From Sedimenticola thiotaurini (GTDB lineage: Bacteria; Pseudomonadota; Gammaproteobacteria; Chromatiales; Chromatiaceae), in assembly GCA_007713595.1 (NCBI GenBank), contig VMRY01000015.1, positions 2,244-66,243 on the forward strand: DNA of 64,000 bases, read 5' to 3'. This document shows, piece by piece, positions 10,589 to 21,737 of this stretch (within the stretch, counting starts at the first letter, position 1; each line of letters opens with the position of its first letter). The translations under genes and the position numbers were made by a program. The notes under the pieces are model-generated. The model made no database searches, had not been told where the DNA came from, and was given only the letters and a program-made list of their open reading frames with translations.

Positions 10589-11962
10589 ATGTCTAAGCTG
10601 GATTCACAAGCGGGTTTTCACCGCGATATTTACTCGGTATCCCGCCTTAACAGCGAAGTCCGATCGGTACTGGAGGGCAGCTTCCCGCTGCTTTGGGTAG
10701 AAGGTGAGATCTCCAATCTGGCCCGACCCGCCTCGGGGCACATTTACTTCTCATTGAAAGATGCACAGGCCCAGGTACGTTGCGCCATGTTTCGCATGAA
10801 GCGTCAGCACCTACGCTTTCAACCAGAAAACGGACTGAAAGTACTGATTCGAGCCCGCGTCGGCTTGTACGAAGGACGGGGTGAATTTCAGCTGATAGCC
10901 GAACACATGGAGCCCGCAGGTGAGGGAGATCTCAGACAAGCCTTTGATCAGCTTAAGCAGAAGCTCCAGACGGAAGGCTTGTTTGATACGGCACAGAAAC
11001 GGGCACTGCCAATACTTCCAAAACGGATCGGTATTATTACCTCGCCCACTGGTGCCGCTGTGCAGGATGTGCTGACGGTGCTGCAACGCCGCTTCCCGGC
11101 CATTCCATTACTCATCTTTCCCGTCGTCGTGCAGGGCGATGAGGCAGCACAATCCATTATCAATGCGCTCAAACTGGCCGAAAAACGACAAGATTGCGAT
11201 CTATTGATCCTGACCCGTGGCGGAGGTTCACTGGAAGATCTTATGGCCTTCAATGATGAAGGCGTTGCCCGAACTATACATCAACTCACAATCCCTCTGA
11301 TTTCAGCTGTGGGACATGAAATCGACTTTACCATTGCCGACTTTGTAGCTGACCAGCGCGCCCCTACCCCCTCAGTTGCGGCAGAACTGGCCACACCCGA
11401 TAGCCAGGAGCTGCTCGATAAACTGAACATGTTGCAGCGAAGAGTCACCCTGGGAGTAACACGTAAGGTAAAACGCCTAACAGAATTGCAGCAAAACCTG
11501 AACCAAAGACTTAGACGGAGTCACCCCGGGGTTCGCCTGCAACAGCAGCAACAATATCTGGATGAATTGAGCATGAAACTTGAGCATCGCACCCGCGGAG
11601 TGATAAGTAACAAAAACAGTACCCTTGCGATTTTTGCAACCCAGTTATACGCCAAAACCCCAATACACAAATTAAGCAGGAACAAGGAGCTCTGCACCAC
11701 CCTGCACAACCGTCTGCAAAGGAATATTCAGACCCGACTGAAGGGAAAACAGCATGATCTTGGACTTGCCGTCGGAAAACTCAACACATTAAGTCCACTT
11801 GCCACTCTTGATCGCGGCTACTCGATTACCCGTCTGCTACCTCAAAAAAGCGTAATACTTGATGCTGCTGAAATCACAGTTGGCGACAACCTGGAAACTC
11901 GCATTGCCAATGGCACGCTATACTCCACCGTCACTTCCACATCAGCCAAAAACCAGGGGTAA
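10589..11962 (+). CDS. xseA: Exodeoxyribonuclease VII large subunit
   Basis: WVEGEISN, SGHIYFSLKD, RGGGSLEDL, SAVGHEIDFT and PTPS; divergent from guaB as usual. Confidence 0.98.
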   Translation: MSKLDSQAGFHRDIYSVSRLNSEVRSVLEGSFPLLWVEGEISNLARPASGHIYFSLKDAQAQVRCAMFRMKRQHLRFQPENGLKVLIRARVGLYEGRGEFQLIAEHMEPAGEGDLRQAFDQLKQKLQTEGLFDTAQKRALPILPKRIGIITSPTGAAVQDVLTVLQRRFPAIPLLIFPVVVQGDEAAQSIINALKLAEKRQDCDLLILTRGGGSLEDLMAFNDEGVARTIHQLTIPLISAVGHEIDFTIADFVADQRAPTPSVAAELATPDSQELLDKLNMLQRRVTLGVTRKVKRLTELQQNLNQRLRRSHPGVRLQQQQQYLDELSMKLEHRTRGVISNKNSTLAIFATQLYAKTPIHKLSRNKELCTTLHNRLQRNIQTRLKGKQHDLGLAVGKLNTLSPLATLDRGYSITRLLPQKSVILDAAEITVGDNLETRIANGTLYSTVTSTSAKNQG

Positions 11963-12022
11963 TTCGTTACCAATGAAACTTATTATCCATTTCTTGCAAT
12001 AACTTAAGCCCTTGCACACTCA

Positions 12023-12039
12023 ATATCCACACTGGATAT
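12023..12039. promoter_or_regulatory. Palindromic putative operator upstream of the MFS pump
   Basis: ATATCCA-CAC-TGGATAT. Confidence 0.3.
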
Positions 12040-12100
12040 AGACCTTATTGTTTCATATGCAACTATTGCGTTTTGAATAGAAACTGGTTAACAATGACCC

Positions 12101-13330
12101 ATGATATCGCCTAAATCTTTACTGGCCACAGCCATCATCGCCTCACTCGTCGCTATAGGGCCACTGTCGACAGACATGTACCTGCCTGCATTCCCGGTTT
12201 TGATGCAGAGTTTTAATACCAATATCAACCATGTACAGCAGACACTGAGTGTTTTTCTTATCGGTTTTGCCCTGGCCCAGTTAATCTATGGCCCCCTGTC
12301 AGATCGATACGGTAGAAAGCCTGTCTTACTGGGAGGCTTACTGCTGTTTCTGGTGAGTAGTCTCGCCATCGTCTTTGCTGAATCGATTACCACGCTCTCG
12401 ATCATGCGTCTGTTTCAGGCAATTGGTGGGAGTGCCGGTCCTGTACTGGGCCGGGCAATGGTCAGGGACATTCATGGCCCTAAAGATTCAGCCAGACTAC
12501 TCTCCTATATAGGCACCGCCATGGCTGTTGCCCCGGCAGCCGCCCCCATACTCGGTGGCTACATGACTGTCTGGTTTGGCTGGCAATCAATCTTCCTGTT
12601 CTTGGCCGCCTACGCCCTTTTGGGTGTATTAGTTCTGGGCACCAGCATTCCAGAAACAGCACCACCCGGCAGTCATCACATCATGAGTGTGGGTAACATG
12701 CTGAAGAACTACACACTCTTACTAAAACACCGGACCTGGCGCTGGTATACGCTCTCATGCAGCTTTGTGTTTGCCGGCCTGTTCTCTTTTCTATCCGGCT
12801 CTTCCTTCGTCATTATCGATTTTCTCGGCTATAAGGAAGAGCAGTACGGACTGTTTTTTGCCTTGGTGGTCGCCGGCTTCATGGCGGGCACCTTGATCGC
12901 CGGCCGCATGGTCAGGCAGATCGGCATCAACCGGCTGATGGGTTACGGCTCTGTTATTGCTGCCACGGGTGGGATTTCGATGGCGATCCTGGCAATCACC
13001 GAGGTTAACCATGTCGCGGCCATCGTAGTGCCACAAATGATCTATATGATGGGTGTCGGTATTGTGATGCCCCAAGCTATGGCTGGCGCCCTGGCCCCAT
13101 TCCCTCACATGGCGGGCACTTCATCAGCCTTTCTGGGTTTTATTCAGATGTCCTTCGCCGCCGCCATTGGTGTTTTGGTCGGTCACTACCACGACGGATC
13201 ACCACTGTCGATGGCGCTCTCAATCGCCTTGATGGGCGTGCTCACCCTGGTCAGCTTCTTACGACTGCGATTAGCCAGTGATAATGAAGAGGGTGATGAT
13301 GACCCGATGACTCAAGCCGATTCAGCCTGA
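12101..13330 (+). CDS. Bcr/CflA family drug-resistance MFS transporter
   Basis: STDMYLPAFP and GPLSDRYGRKPVLL; 12 TM helices. Confidence 0.93.
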   Translation: MISPKSLLATAIIASLVAIGPLSTDMYLPAFPVLMQSFNTNINHVQQTLSVFLIGFALAQLIYGPLSDRYGRKPVLLGGLLLFLVSSLAIVFAESITTLSIMRLFQAIGGSAGPVLGRAMVRDIHGPKDSARLLSYIGTAMAVAPAAAPILGGYMTVWFGWQSIFLFLAAYALLGVLVLGTSIPETAPPGSHHIMSVGNMLKNYTLLLKHRTWRWYTLSCSFVFAGLFSFLSGSSFVIIDFLGYKEEQYGLFFALVVAGFMAGTLIAGRMVRQIGINRLMGYGSVIAATGGISMAILAITEVNHVAAIVVPQMIYMMGVGIVMPQAMAGALAPFPHMAGTSSAFLGFIQMSFAAAIGVLVGHYHDGSPLSMALSIALMGVLTLVSFLRLRLASDNEEGDDDPMTQADSA

Positions 13331-13341
13331 GTCACGCGGCT

Positions 13342-14733
13342 TTAGGGCTTCCGTTTCGATAAAGGTTTGGATCGCTTACTCTTGTGCGCCAGGCGTTGCG
13401 TAAGCTTATTCGCTTTACCTTTGAAGGGATTTTCTCCTGACTTGAATTCAAGCCGGATCGGTGTTCCAGACAGTTTCAGCACCTCACGGAACCGGTTAAT
13501 CAGATACCGTTTATAGGTCATGGGAACCGCTTCCGTCTGGTTACCATGGATAACGATAATAGGGGGATTCTGGCCACCCTGATGGGCATAGCGCAGCTTA
13601 ATACGCCGACCATGCACCATCGGCGGCTGATGCTCCTGCACTGTCCATTCAAGGATGCGTGTTAGTTCAGGTGTGGCTAGCTTACGGGTGGCATTCGCGT
13701 AGGCCTTGTCGATCGCCTCATAGAGCTTGCCGACGCCAGAACCATGCAGAGCAGAGATAAAACGCTTAACGGCAAAATCGAGAAATGGCAATTTACGATC
13801 AATATCGGCTTTCACCTGATCCCGTTGTTCAGATTGCAGGCCATCCCACTTATTGATAACCACCACTAAGGCACGGCCACTCTCTAGAATATGCCCAGCC
13901 AAGGTGGCATCCTGCTCAGTGATTCCCTGCTGGGCATCCAGAACCAGCATCACCACATTGGACCGTTCAATGGCCTGCAGTGTTTTGATAATACTGAATT
14001 TCTCAATCACCTCACTGACTCTGGCGCGGCGCCTGACCCCAGCGGTATCAATCAAGGTATAGGGTTTATCATTGTGCGAGTAGGTGATGAAAACGCTGTC
14101 GCGGGTGGTGCCGGGTTGATCAAAAGCCACCACCCGCTCTTCGCCAAGCATGCGATTAACCAGCGTAGACTTACCTACATTAGGACGGCCGACGACCGCA
14201 ATCATCGTGCCTGTATCTTCCTTTTCTACCGCTTCAAACCCCTCCGGCAATAACTCCAGAAGTTCATTAATCAGAGAACGAACACCTCGGCCATGTGCCG
14301 CTGATATCGGCAGCGGTTCACCCAATCCCAGAGAGAAGAAATCAGCACCCGCGAGGTCACCATCCAGGCTTTCACTCTTGTTCACAACCACATGCACCGG
14401 TTTTCCAGTGCGCCGTAATTGTCCCGCTATTACCTGGTCAGCCGGGGTGCAACCAACACGGGCATCGAGCAGAAACAGGATATGATCCGCCTCATCAATA
14501 GCCGCCTGCACCTGTTTTTCCATCAGCTGTTCGACGCCGCCTTCTTCACCGCTCAGACCACCGGTATCGACCACTACGTAGGGGCGGTTACCCATCTTGC
14601 CAATACCATACTGACGGTCACGGGTCAGCCCAGGCTGATCAGCTACCAGCGCATCCCGACTCCGGGTCAGGCGATTAAACAGGGTCGATTTCCCTACATT
14701 TGGGCGACCGACCAGTGCAATTACAGGTAGCAT
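13342..14733 (-). CDS. der: Ribosome biogenesis GTPase Der
   Basis: Two GRPNVGKS G-domains plus KH domain; start reset to ATG 14733 (MLPVIALVG). Confidence 0.98.
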   Translation of the reverse strand: MLPVIALVGRPNVGKSTLFNRLTRSRDALVADQPGLTRDRQYGIGKMGNRPYVVVDTGGLSGEEGGVEQLMEKQVQAAIDEADHILFLLDARVGCTPADQVIAGQLRRTGKPVHVVVNKSESLDGDLAGADFFSLGLGEPLPISAAHGRGVRSLINELLELLPEGFEAVEKEDTGTMIAVVGRPNVGKSTLVNRMLGEERVVAFDQPGTTRDSVFITYSHNDKPYTLIDTAGVRRRARVSEVIEKFSIIKTLQAIERSNVVMLVLDAQQGITEQDATLAGHILESGRALVVVINKWDGLQSEQRDQVKADIDRKLPFLDFAVKRFISALHGSGVGKLYEAIDKAYANATRKLATPELTRILEWTVQEHQPPMVHGRRIKLRYAHQGGQNPPIIVIHGNQTEAVPMTYKRYLINRFREVLKLSGTPIRLEFKSGENPFKGKANKLTQRLAHKSKRSKPLSKRKP

Positions 14734-14750
14734 ATTTGTCACAGGATTAC

Positions 14751-15917
14751 TCAACGATCACTGATCGTAACGGCGGCTAGCTCGCCACCATCAGCATAGA
14801 TATAAGCCACACCATCTCTGACGATAGGAGGTGTGGAGATGGCGGACTTGGCAATTCGTAACCGTCCGAGAAGGCGTCCATCTTCACGGGATAACTGGTG
14901 CAGGTATCCTTCAAAATCACCCACCATAATTATTCCACTCAGTTCAATTGGCGCGGTCAATTTTCGGTACTGCAATTTCTGATTCTTCCACAGTGCTGCC
15001 CCGTTGCCTGGATCCACAGCGAGTACATGATCAGTATCATCAGAGACATAGAGTTGAGAGAAATCAGCACCCATACCTGCATAGGAGGAGAGTTTTCGAC
15101 GCCAGAGAACAACACCGGTATCAATCGAGATGGCGGCCATTTCACCCTGATAGGTTGTGACAAACACCACATCACCCACCACCAGCGGATCACCATCAAT
15201 ATCGACCATACGCTCCAGCTCAGAGCGACCGCTCGGCGCTGTTACGCTGATCTCCCACAGCAGATCACCATTAGACAGATTAAGCATTACCAGCTTGCCA
15301 CTGGCAAAACCGCATATCACCCGATTACCAACAATAACCGGCGAGCTGCTTCCATGCAGTGTCAGTACAGGAGTTGAACGATCATAGATCCACTTGTGAG
15401 TTCCAGTAGCTGCATCAAGGCCAAATAACTTTCCATCAATGGTATGCACGACAACCACACCCCGGGCAGCCCGGGGAACTGACAGCACTTCACTGCTGAC
15501 TCGGGCACGCCATTTTTCAGTGCCACCTGCCGCATCCAGTGCTACCACTTCACCATTGCTTGTGCCTATCAGCACTAAGCCATCACCGGCCCCGGGGCCG
15601 CCCGAAATCTCCAGATCGGTATCCACTGACCATACAGCCCTGCCTGTTGAGGCATCCAGCGCCCTTACCTCTCCACTTCGACTGGCCGCATAGACTTTTC
15701 CATCACTGACATAAGGCACCAGCTTAACCCGCTGCTCGTCGGCCCCACCACCTACAGAAGCAGTCCAGAGTACCCGCGTAGCCACACTATTAACCAGCTC
15801 TGTCAGTTCAGCCGGCGGTTCAGAATTATCTTCACTGGAAAACCAGTCCATTGGATTCATGGAACCACAACCAGTCAATAGCAAAGCCAGGAGAGGAACA
15901 GTTAGAAAGCGCAGCAT
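14751..15917 (-). CDS. bamB: Outer membrane assembly lipoprotein BamB
   Basis: Lipobox LLTGC and PQQ-type beta-propeller repeats; GAGGA RBS before ATG 15917. Confidence 0.95.
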   Translation of the reverse strand: MLRFLTVPLLALLLTGCGSMNPMDWFSSEDNSEPPAELTELVNSVATRVLWTASVGGGADEQRVKLVPYVSDGKVYAASRSGEVRALDASTGRAVWSVDTDLEISGGPGAGDGLVLIGTSNGEVVALDAAGGTEKWRARVSSEVLSVPRAARGVVVVHTIDGKLFGLDAATGTHKWIYDRSTPVLTLHGSSSPVIVGNRVICGFASGKLVMLNLSNGDLLWEISVTAPSGRSELERMVDIDGDPLVVGDVVFVTTYQGEMAAISIDTGVVLWRRKLSSYAGMGADFSQLYVSDDTDHVLAVDPGNGAALWKNQKLQYRKLTAPIELSGIIMVGDFEGYLHQLSREDGRLLGRLRIAKSAISTPPIVRDGVAYIYADGGELAAVTISDR

Positions 15918-15933
15918 TGGATGATCCTCAGGT

Positions 15934-16560
15934 TTATTCTGTAACAGCCAGATCATCAAACTTCATCTGAACCAAGGCGTTATTACTGACTTTATATTCA
16001 ATGGCCTCTTTGTATGCCTGCCTGGCTGCCATCTTATCGCCCCGCTTCAGCGCAATGTCGCCTCTCAACTCAGCCACGTCGCCACGGTAATTATCCTGTG
16101 GTGCCTGTTCAATCAATGCCGCAGCAGCATCCACCTGCCCCTCATCCAACAGGATGCGTGCCTGCCTTAAACGGGCAATCTGCTTCAAGGAAGGATCATC
16201 TGCATTATCCAGCACCCACTGCAGTTGAGCCTTAGCCCCGTTGACATCGCCCTGTTGATATTTCACTTTGGCGAGATCCAGCGCGGCAAACACGGCATAG
16301 GCACTCCCCTGATTAGAAGCGATAAGGCTTTCCGCCTGATTAACCGCCGCCGGGGATTTGCTCTCAACACTCTGGCTCAACTGCTCAAACTGTGCCGAGG
16401 CCTGCTCAGCAACTTCCTGCTGATGCTGCGTCCAGTACTGCCAGCCGAAAACACCGCCCAGCCCGATAATAATACCGGCCGCCACGGACTTTCCGTTCTC
16501 CTTCCACCACTTCTTGAGTGCCTCGACCTGCTCTTCTTCGGACAGATTTACATCTACCAT
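15934..16560 (-). CDS. yfgM: YfgM ancillary SecYEG subunit (TPR)
   Basis: EEEQVEALKKWWKENG, TM helix, TPR-like region; conserved synteny. Confidence 0.93.
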   Translation of the reverse strand: MVDVNLSEEEQVEALKKWWKENGKSVAAGIIIGLGGVFGWQYWTQHQQEVAEQASAQFEQLSQSVESKSPAAVNQAESLIASNQGSAYAVFAALDLAKVKYQQGDVNGAKAQLQWVLDNADDPSLKQIARLRQARILLDEGQVDAAAALIEQAPQDNYRGDVAELRGDIALKRGDKMAARQAYKEAIEYKVSNNALVQMKFDDLAVTE

Positions 16561-16628
16561 CTCAACCTCTCTTGCCGCCCCTTCTGGGCGGTAAATTCAA
16601 TTCTGGAAAACAATTCGCGTCTATTAAG

Positions 16629-17897
16629 TCAGACGATGCCTTTCAGGTAATCTGCCAGCCCATCAAGCGAAACCTGCTCCTGCTCAACGTCCTCGCGTAA
16701 AAACTTAATCCCTATAACACTCTGTGCAAGTTCATCTTCACCCAGTACCAGCGCTATACGGGCACCACTTCGGTCTGCCTTTTTGAACTGGCTTTTAAAA
16801 CTGCCACCACCACAATGGGTCAACAAACGTAACCCAGGGACATCTCTTCTCAATCGGTCGGCTAACACGACCCCCTGTTGCTGCGGGGTATCACCCACCA
16901 GCACAAGATAGGCATCGACGCTGATAAGCTCAGGTCTGTTCTCATCCTCTTCCAGCAACGCGATGAGTCGCTCCACGCCCATGGCAAAACCGATAGCCGG
17001 CGTTGGTTTTCCACCAAGCTGCTCTACTAGCCCATCATAACGCCCGCCAGCACACACCGTTCCCTGCGCACCCAGCCTGTCAGTCACCCACTCAAAAACT
17101 GTGCGTGCATAATAATCCAGTCCGCGTACCAGTCGTGTATTGATGATGTAGGGCACGCCTGCCGCTGATAGCCCCGTACAGAGCAACTCAAAATGCGCCT
17201 TAGATTCATCACCCAGATAGTCCATGAGCGAAGGCGCCTGCTCTATTAATGGCCGCATTGCCGGATTTTTCGAATCGAGAATACGCAAGGGATTGCTCTT
17301 GAGACGACGCTGACTATCCTCATCCAGCTGGTCGCTGTTTGCTGACAGATAGGTAACCAACTCTTCCCGATAGACCGATCGTTCTTCAGGCGTCCCGAGT
17401 GTATTGATCTGTAACTCCAGCCCAGTGAGTCCCAGTGCCTCCCAAAACCGTTGGGTAAGCAGGATTATCTCCAGATCTATATCGGGACCAGGGAGCCCAT
17501 AGGCCTCGGCACCAATCTGGTAAAACTGACGGTAACGCCCTTTCTGGGGACGCTCATGGCGAAACATCGGCCCGTAGTACCAAATGCGCTGTACCTGATT
17601 ATGAAACAGGCCGTTCTCGATACCTGCACGGACACAGCTGGCGGTACATTCCGGACGCAGTGTCAGGCTGTCACCATTCCGGTCAGCAAAGGTATACATC
17701 TCTTTTTCCACGATATCAGTGACTTCACCAATAGATCGCTTGAAAAGATCTGTCATCTCAACAACAGGGGTGCGCAGCTCCCGGTATCCGTAGCTTTCAA
17801 CAACTGTTCTGATCTGCTGCTCAAGAAAATGCCAAAGTGGCGACTGATCCGGCAGAATATCGTGCATGCCACGAATGGCTTGTATGTTTTTGGCCAT
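16629..17897 (-). CDS. hisS: Histidyl-tRNA synthetase
   Basis: [21 protein letters not shown] and GGRYDGL. Confidence 0.99.
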   Translation of the reverse strand: MAKNIQAIRGMHDILPDQSPLWHFLEQQIRTVVESYGYRELRTPVVEMTDLFKRSIGEVTDIVEKEMYTFADRNGDSLTLRPECTASCVRAGIENGLFHNQVQRIWYYGPMFRHERPQKGRYRQFYQIGAEAYGLPGPDIDLEIILLTQRFWEALGLTGLELQINTLGTPEERSVYREELVTYLSANSDQLDEDSQRRLKSNPLRILDSKNPAMRPLIEQAPSLMDYLGDESKAHFELLCTGLSAAGVPYIINTRLVRGLDYYARTVFEWVTDRLGAQGTVCAGGRYDGLVEQLGGKPTPAIGFAMGVERLIALLEEDENRPELISVDAYLVLVGDTPQQQGVVLADRLRRDVPGLRLLTHCGGGSFKSQFKKADRSGARIALVLGEDELAQSVIGIKFLREDVEQEQVSLDGLADYLKGIV

Positions 17898-18010
17898 TAC
17901 TTACTTTCAATTCTTCGTTAAAAACCTACCGTTCACTAACTCAATCACTTTCTGCAATTGGGCTTGCCAACAGTGCCACACTGAAGAGCGAACAGGATTA
18001 TGGGAACATG

Positions 18011-19033
18011 TTATCTTGGATCCAAGGTGAGCCTGGCCACATTCCCACGAGTAAACGGCGTCAGATCGTACGTCTTCCCATTGACTGTCATTTTCACAGC
18101 CGCAGCATTGCCGAACACCATTTTGTAGGGGGGCTTACCACCCAGTATAAAATGCTCATCTGCCCCTCTGTTTCCGGCCAATCTAAACTCCCCTGAGGCA
18201 TCCGTGATGTCGGCCCAACACGCAGCAGAGAAGAACACCTCTATTTGATTTTCAGGGACAACCGACGTGTCCCTGGCTGGGCCTTCCTCGGTCGACGCTT
18301 CTGCCACGACCGGGGTTTCCGATGCTGGAGACAGCTGATCTGACACTTCGGGACTAGCCGCTGCTCCCTCCTCAGATGGCGTCGGATCACTGGCGGCGGC
18401 TTCAGAGGACGCGATTGAAGATGCTTCGTCATCTGCTCTCTTGTCCGCCTCAGAAGATTCCGTTATTGGTGCATCTAAAATCTCTGGCTTGCCAAGTAGA
18501 GCAGGCAATGGCATTGAGCCATTCAACTGTCCCGACTGCACTTCACTCTGCGCAGCTCCATCACTCAATGGCTCACCAATGCTGCTATTTGACTCCAACC
18601 CAAGATCAAGTGGCCATTGCAAGTAGCCGCGCCACCAAGTGATAACCAGGGCCAGAATCCCAAGTACGATCAGCCAAGTAAAAAAACGGACAACCGTGTG
18701 ACTACTGCGCACTTCATGTTTGACCTTTGCGGCCTTCAGATCCATTTTCTCTTCGCCCTGCGGACGAAATTGACGGAACGCATCGAGAATAGGCTCAGCC
18801 GGGGTATCAAGCAGCCGCGCGTAATTCTTGAGATAGCCCTGAACAAACACCGTTCCGGGCAGTTCACTAAAGTTATCCGCCTCCAGTGCCTTCAACAATG
18901 GCACATTAAGGTGCAACAGACTGGCGACCCGGTTAATGTCCATCTCTTTGGCCATACGGATATCCCGGAGCTGTTTTCCGGGGCCTTCAATAACGGGCAT
19001 CTGCTCTTCTTGATTTTGATCAGCAGCGTTCAT
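18011..19033 (-). CDS. rodZ: Cytoskeleton protein RodZ
   Basis: N-terminal HTH (FVQGYLKNYARLL), TM helix, C-terminal DUF4115-like region (CW..ITDA.G, GNAAAV). Confidence 0.92.
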   Translation of the reverse strand: MNAADQNQEEQMPVIEGPGKQLRDIRMAKEMDINRVASLLHLNVPLLKALEADNFSELPGTVFVQGYLKNYARLLDTPAEPILDAFRQFRPQGEEKMDLKAAKVKHEVRSSHTVVRFFTWLIVLGILALVITWWRGYLQWPLDLGLESNSSIGEPLSDGAAQSEVQSGQLNGSMPLPALLGKPEILDAPITESSEADKRADDEASSIASSEAAASDPTPSEEGAAASPEVSDQLSPASETPVVAEASTEEGPARDTSVVPENQIEVFFSAACWADITDASGEFRLAGNRGADEHFILGGKPPYKMVFGNAAAVKMTVNGKTYDLTPFTRGNVARLTLDPR

Positions 19034-19848
19034 TCTTTTTCTGAATCCTTTAAAAGCTGCACTTCATTTGAATCGGGGAAACCATTTTTCAGCATCAGTG
19101 TATAGCTGGAAACCGCATCCTGATTCCCCAATATTCGTTCATTTTGAATGCCCAGCCAAAGCGAGGCGGCGTTCGGTCGGGCCTGTTCCAGATAGCGCTG
19201 CAGGTAGGCCCTTGATGAGAGGTTCTCCCCAGCCTTAAAACTGATCCGTGACATCTGCATAAGGGCTGTAGGAAATTTAGGATTATAGTTCAACGCCCTT
19301 CGCAGATAAGCCTCTGCCTTGCCAAGATCATTGCTTCGCTCAGCACAAATGCCCGCATTAGTGAGTGCCACTTCCGGTGTCTTGTAAAGTGGGTTTTCCA
19401 GCGCCTTCAAAAAATATCGATCGGCGTCTTCATAATGCTCTTTCTGACATAGAAAGGTCGCATAGGCATTCAACACATAGGAGTTTTTAGGATCAATCTT
19501 CAAACTGCGTTTGAAATGATCCTCCGCCAGCCCTTTCTCACCAAGTCGATCATAGAGCAGGGCAATAACATTATGCCCCTCTGCATTTGTCGGCTCTAGC
19601 TCAAGCCCCTGGTTTGCCTTTTGTAACGCCACATCAAGATGCCCTTCCCGCATGTATGCAATAGCCAGCTTAACATAGACATCACCAGCTCCGGTCCGGG
19701 TATTAACACCAAACTGCCCTGTACTATCCGTCATGTCAGGTGCCAGTGGATCTGACGATGTCGCATCAGGCCTCACAGCCCCCTGCTGACAACCGGCAAC
19801 TAACAGGAACGAAGAGAGACTCAGGATAACTTTCAGACCTACGTTCAA
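19030..19848 (-). CDS. pilW: Type IV pilus biogenesis/stability lipoprotein PilW/PilF
   Basis: Lipobox LVAGC, TPR repeats, [17 protein letters not shown]. Confidence 0.92.
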   Translation of the reverse strand: MNVGLKVILSLSSFLLVAGCQQGAVRPDATSSDPLAPDMTDSTGQFGVNTRTGAGDVYVKLAIAYMREGHLDVALQKANQGLELEPTNAEGHNVIALLYDRLGEKGLAEDHFKRSLKIDPKNSYVLNAYATFLCQKEHYEDADRYFLKALENPLYKTPEVALTNAGICAERSNDLGKAEAYLRRALNYNPKFPTALMQMSRISFKAGENLSSRAYLQRYLEQARPNAASLWLGIQNERILGNQDAVSSYTLMLKNGFPDSNEVQLLKDSEKE

Positions 19849-20924
19849 TGCACTCCTCCTGATTGCTTCAATTCACGCCGACTCCGATCCTTGACGCGCC
19901 CGACCAGCTGGCCGCATGCGGCATCAATATCCTCACCCCGTGTCTTTCGCGTGGTCGTAACAATGCCTGCCTTAATTAAACGTTGCCGGAAGGCATCAAT
20001 CCGCTCAGGCGGCGAACAGCGATAGACCGTTCCCGGGAATGGGTTGAATGGAATAAGATTAACCTTGGACGGCGTCCCTTCGAGTAACTTGATGAGCTGT
20101 TTCGCCTGCTTGTCACTGTCATTGATGCCATCGAGCATCACATACTCCCAAGTCACCTTGCGTCTTTTGTCTCCACGCAGATATTCCCGGCAGGCGGGTA
20201 TCAGAGTTTCCAGCGGATATTTACGATTTATCGGAACCAATTGATCACGCAATTCATTCGTCGGCGCGTGCAGAGAGACTGCCAGGCTCATTTCAGATAC
20301 TGCTGTCAGCTCTCGCAAAGCTGGAACGATACCTGATGTGCTTATGGTCACCCGATACTTGGAGAGCATATAGGCCAAGTCATCCTGCATGATATTTGTC
20401 GCGGTAACCACGGCATCGAAATTTGCCAGTGGTTCACCCATACCCATCAGCACCACATTGGTCAACGATTTGCCTAACTGTCGTTCAGCCACCCAGACCT
20501 GACCAATTATCTCGGCAGCAGTTAAATTTCTGTTAAATCCTTGCTGGGCAGTTGAACAGAAACTGCAATCCAGCGCGCACCCCACCTGGGAAGATATGCA
20601 GAGAGTGCTACGATTTGGTTCCGGGATAAAAACCGACTCGATTCGATTATTACAATCCAGTTCGAGTACCCATTTGTGCGTTCCATCCAATGCGGGCTGC
20701 TCAAAGACGATCTCGGGAACTCTGACCTCCGCTATCGCTTTAAGTTGTTCACGGAGTTTTTTTGAGAGATCCGTCATGGCGTCAAAATCCGTAACGCCAT
20801 GCTTATGTATCCACTTCAGTACATTCCGACCGTTAAAGGCTTTGGCGCCAAGTCCCTCGAAAAAGGATTCCATCCCTTTTCTGTCAAACTCCAGCAGATT
20901 GATTTTTTGTTTAACACCCTGCAT
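19845..20924 (-). CDS. rlmN: 23S rRNA/tRNA m2A methyltransferase RlmN (radical SAM)
   Basis: [21 protein letters not shown] and DIDAACGQL; start reset to ATG after GAGGAG. Confidence 0.98.
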   Translation of the reverse strand: MQGVKQKINLLEFDRKGMESFFEGLGAKAFNGRNVLKWIHKHGVTDFDAMTDLSKKLREQLKAIAEVRVPEIVFEQPALDGTHKWVLELDCNNRIESVFIPEPNRSTLCISSQVGCALDCSFCSTAQQGFNRNLTAAEIIGQVWVAERQLGKSLTNVVLMGMGEPLANFDAVVTATNIMQDDLAYMLSKYRVTISTSGIVPALRELTAVSEMSLAVSLHAPTNELRDQLVPINRKYPLETLIPACREYLRGDKRRKVTWEYVMLDGINDSDKQAKQLIKLLEGTPSKVNLIPFNPFPGTVYRCSPPERIDAFRQRLIKAGIVTTTRKTRGEDIDAACGQLVGRVKDRSRRELKQSGGVH

Positions 20925-21032
20925 CACGCCACTCCTCGTTGAGGGCAATTACGGCGACCAGCCCCTCCAGGAACTGGCCACCCCAATGAAGAACACGCAT
21001 GCAAACAGGATGTAGGTAGGTCAAAGAGAACC

Positions 21033-21461
21033 TCAACGCAGCCTTTCGCAAACACCTTCGGGGAAAAAGAAATCGATCTCCACCTTGGCAGTTTCAGGTG
21101 CATCAGAACCATGCACAGCATTCTCATCTACAGTCTCGGCAAAATCCGCACGAATCGTTCCCGGTGCCGCATCCTTTGGATTGGTTGCACCCATCACTTC
21201 ACGGTTCTTGGCAATTGCATTCTCGCCTTCCAACACCTGCACCATGACAGGCCCGGAGGTCATGAAGTCGACCAGATCGTTATAGAACGGACGCTCTTTA
21301 TGTACGGCGTAAAACTCACCGGCCTGCTCACGGGTCAACTGCACCATCTTTGAGGCCACTATACTGAGACCTGCCTCTTCAAACCGATTATAGATCTTGC
21401 CAATCACGTTTTTCGCCACTGCATCCGGTTTCACTATTGAGAATGTACGCTCGATCGCCAT
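21033..21461 (-). CDS. ndk: Nucleoside diphosphate kinase
   Basis: [12 protein letters not shown] and NAVHGSD. Confidence 0.99.
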   Translation of the reverse strand: MAIERTFSIVKPDAVAKNVIGKIYNRFEEAGLSIVASKMVQLTREQAGEFYAVHKERPFYNDLVDFMTSGPVMVQVLEGENAIAKNREVMGATNPKDAAPGTIRADFAETVDENAVHGSDAPETAKVEIDFFFPEGVCERLR

Positions 21462-21737
21462 CAAAAACTCCAATTATTTCAAACAATAAGAAAACATGCC
21501 CAGCCTAGTAGCTACGCAAGGAACTTCTACAGACCCCACTCATGTAAGCCAAAAATGCATCCCGTACTGGAAGCTGTATCCAAGGCAGGGGAGCTGCGAA
21601 CGACGGGCACCCTTGAGAGAATCTGTTTTCTATTTACAAAACCAATGCTTAGTTTACCTTGCCGCAGGGGATACAGGCAATTTATGATTCAATAGCACGC
21701 CGAATCGCTGATCGGGACTCTCTGTTTTATCAGGCAG

